From a candidate division WOR-3 bacterium (GTDB lineage: Bacteria; Hydrothermota; Tepidihabitantia; B3-TA06; JALVRC01): a stretch of 44,793 nt of DNA. The notes under the pieces were generated by a model. It made no database searches and had not been told where the DNA came from. It saw nothing but the letters and a program-made list of their open reading frames with translations. How positions within the stretch are numbered: the stretch's first letter is position 1; every line of letters starts with the position of its first letter. The position numbers and the translations under genes were made by a program. Shown here one piece after another: positions 42,990 to 44,793 of this stretch. The stretch is taken from assembly GCA_027025255.1 (NCBI GenBank), contig JALVRC010000046.1:1-44793 (forward strand), written 5' to 3'.

Positions 42990-44296
42990 TGTTTAAAAAA
43001 TTCTTTAAAGATACATCTATCACATTTCTTACCCGTATTGTACTGATTGTCTTTCAGATGGTAATATACATAGTTATTGCAAGAGTATTCGGTCCAAAAG
43101 GTAAAGGTATATACTCCCTTACAATGATGTTTCCTGCTATAATTCTTATTTTTACCAATCTGGGGATAGACAGTGCTGCTGTATATTTTACAGGGAAAAA
43201 AGATTTTAACATTAATACTATCTATGGCTCCAATCTGTTTCTTGTTATACCCATAGCCCTTTTTAGTATTCTTTTAGGTATTTTTATTGTTTTTTTTGCA
43301 AGAAGTTTTTTTAAGGACATTCCGTTTTATTTACTGTTTATAGGTCTATTGTCCATTCCTTTTTCCCTAATTTTTAGAAATAGCTATGCAATATTGCTTT
43401 CTATAAAGAAATTTATCTCCTACAATACAATGCAAATATTTAGATTTGCGCTTTTTCTTATACTGCTTATACCATGGATGCTCTTTTTAAAAGACGTTTC
43501 TTCTGCTATTCTGTCAAACGTGCTTTCTCTCGCTCTCGCCTCTCTTGCAGGCTTCTTATTTGTAAAACATACTGTTATAAAAGAAAAGAAGCTCCATATT
43601 AGTAAAAAATATATAAAAAAGTCACTGAGCTTTGGATTTAAAAATTCACTAAACAATGCTGTTTTGTTTTTAAACTACAGGCTGGATATGTTTCTCTTAA
43701 ATTTCTTTATGGGACCGAAAGCAGTAGGCTTCTATTCAATTGCAGTAAATATATCAGAAAGATTGTGGCTTATAGCTCAGTCCGCAGGAACAGTAATTTT
43801 CCCAACAATAGCTACAGTGCAAAGTGAAGACAAAAGAAGAGAGCTCACACCTACAATAACAAGATTTGTTCTCTACATATCAATTATAGCAGGGGCAACA
43901 CTTTTTCTTTTGAGTAAATTCATTGTAATTCTTCTCTATTCAGATAAATTTTTTAATAGTATAGCCCCATTACAAATACTTCTAATAGGAATAAGTATAA
44001 GCGGTGCTTCTGTAACACTTTCAAATGACATTGTTGCAAGAGGTAGGCCTCTTATAAATCTCTATATAACACTCATTAGTGTTCTTATAATGATTGTCTT
44101 AAACATTATACTTATCCCTGTATGGGGAATAAATGGAACTGCTTTTGCATCCACAGTATCATATACACTGTTATTCATAGGAAGGATTATAACCTACTCC
44201 TATCTTTCTAAGGTAAAACTCTCTAAGCTTATTCTCCCTCAAAAAGAAGATATACTGCTATTAAAAAAGCTCTTTGCACTTCTCTTAAGGCGATAA
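42989..44296 (+). CDS. MOP-superfamily polysaccharide flippase (Wzx-like)
   Basis: About 12-14 TM helices and a family-typical central FGFKNSLNNAVLFLNYRLDMFLLNFF. GTG start overlaps the patatin stop (TAGTG). Confidence 0.7.
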   Translation: MFKKFFKDTSITFLTRIVLIVFQMVIYIVIARVFGPKGKGIYSLTMMFPAIILIFTNLGIDSAAVYFTGKKDFNINTIYGSNLFLVIPIALFSILLGIFIVFFARSFFKDIPFYLLFIGLLSIPFSLIFRNSYAILLSIKKFISYNTMQIFRFALFLILLIPWMLFLKDVSSAILSNVLSLALASLAGFLFVKHTVIKEKKLHISKKYIKKSLSFGFKNSLNNAVLFLNYRLDMFLLNFFMGPKAVGFYSIAVNISERLWLIAQSAGTVIFPTIATVQSEDKRRELTPTITRFVLYISIIAGATLFLLSKFIVILLYSDKFFNSIAPLQILLIGISISGASVTLSNDIVARGRPLINLYITLISVLIMIVLNIILIPVWGINGTAFASTVSYTLLFIGRIITYSYLSKVKLSKLILPQKEDILLLKKLFALLLRR

Positions 44297-44689
44297 CTTA
44301 AGCACATCTTTTAAAAAAACCTCTACTTCTTTTCGCTTTTCTTGAGGAACAATGAGATGTATTCCTCTAAAATTATTTAGAAAAGTATCTTTCTTAAATG
44401 GCGTCAAAAGGAATCCGTTTTTCAAAAGAATATAACGCTTAAATCTCTTTGTATCAGTTGAGGCTTTTAAAAACCACTTCTTTATATAAACCTTCTCTTT
44501 ATCAATTGTATACTCAATAGGCAAAAAGTATGTATTTAATGTGAAAAAGAAAATAAGGAAACTAAAAAGCATCCAGTATATACCCAGTAAAAAAAGCACT
44601 ACTATCAAAACAATTGTTAGGAAAAAAGTTACAAAAGCCGTTTTTTTAATGTTTTCCTTAGCAAGGAAAACCTCCCACGATATTCTCAT
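44285..44689 (-). CDS. hypothetical two-TM membrane protein
   Basis: ORF track. Two TM helices, then a basic soluble C-terminal domain. The ATG lies 7 nt downstream of the tRNA on the same strand. Converges on and overlaps the flippase gene by 12 nt. Confidence 0.4.
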   Translation of the reverse strand: MRISWEVFLAKENIKKTAFVTFFLTIVLIVVLFLLGIYWMLFSFLIFFFTLNTYFLPIEYTIDKEKVYIKKWFLKASTDTKRFKRYILLKNGFLLTPFKKDTFLNNFRGIHLIVPQEKRKEVEVFLKDVLKLSP

Positions 44690-44696
44690 AATTAAA

Positions 44697-44770
44697 TGGG
44701 CCCGCCAGGATTTGAACCTGGGACCAACTGATTATGAGTCAGCCGCTCTGCCAGACTGAGCTACGGACCC
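44697..44770 (-). tRNA. tRNA with CAU anticodon: elongator Met or lysidine-modified Ile2, not initiator
   Basis: Reverse complement GGGTCCGTAGCTCAGTCTGGCAGAGCGGCTGACTCATAATCAGTTGGTCCCAGGTTCAAATCCTGGCGGGCCCA folds as a cloverleaf. Positions 1 and 72 are paired and the anticodon stem has no GGG/CCC run, so it is not tRNA-fMet. The TTGGTC variable region and T arm resemble tRNA-Ile2. Confidence 0.85.
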
Positions 44771-44793
44771 ACATTATTATATACATATTATAG

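Noticed and set aside
44541-44759. 72-aa plus-strand ORF at the right edge
   Set aside because: Its 3' half is the reverse strand of the tRNA(CAU) gene, and its 5' half is antisense to the 134-aa membrane-protein ORF.
1-44793. Search for CRISPR arrays, transposases or integrases next to the tRNAs, a glmS ribozyme, a TPP riboswitch, or a T-box upstream of alaS
   Set aside because: No spaced direct-repeat arrays were seen, and no ORF had recombinase or transposase motifs. glmS, thi4 and alaS all overlap the preceding gene, which leaves no room for a 5' leader element.

Overview
AT-rich bacterial chromosome segment, densely packed, from a diderm organism: it carries lipid A genes lpxD-lpxC-fabZ-lpxA, a Skp-like chaperone, OmpA-family and beta-barrel proteins. 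I cannot assign a lineage from sequence alone. Gene orientation is plus for 1-3260, one almost gap-free minus-strand run for 3238-36342, then plus for 36415-44296. Recognisable housekeeping genes are alaS, recX, recA, glmS, a glmM-like mutase, argF, a split lysine-ketoglutarate reductase / saccharopine dehydrogenase pair, thi4, a rhomboid protease, ispF, hpt, acylphosphatase, a patatin-like lipase, a Wzx-like flippase, a processive GT2 synthase, an M50 protease, a UMF1-type MFS transporter and three tRNAs (Glu-UUC, Pro-CGG, CAU). No rRNA, CRISPR array, transposase or integrase was seen. The most unusual content is a roughly 10.6 kb chemosensory operon (23827-34394, minus strand). It follows the PatA/Pix or Pil-Chp (type IV pilus-class) layout: REC-PATAN-HTH-REC regulator, CheY, CheW, a stand-alone DUF4388/PATAN protein, MCP, a CheA-REC hybrid and two small CheW-like proteins. 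It has no cheR or cheB. It also carries three non-canonical inserts: two tandem Cache+HAMP proteins with no output domain, a predicted outer-membrane beta-barrel, and a perfect 21-bp-stem hairpin just before the MCP gene. A second candidate system sits at the left edge. It is a Lia/Psp-like envelope module (DUF2089, a LiaX/YvlB-like DUF4097 protein and two LiaF-TM-like mini-proteins, one missing from the ORF track) whose products share a SHOCT-like motif. Two expression-signal patterns recur. First, near-consensus TTGAC(A/T)-N16-TATAAT-like promoters are common, and five of the eight I found place an ATG 6-7 nt after the -10 box, implying leaderless mRNAs. Second, all three tRNAs are followed within 7-10 nt by a co-directional ATG with no Shine-Dalgarno sequence. 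All product calls rest on motif recognition by eye, with no searches run.
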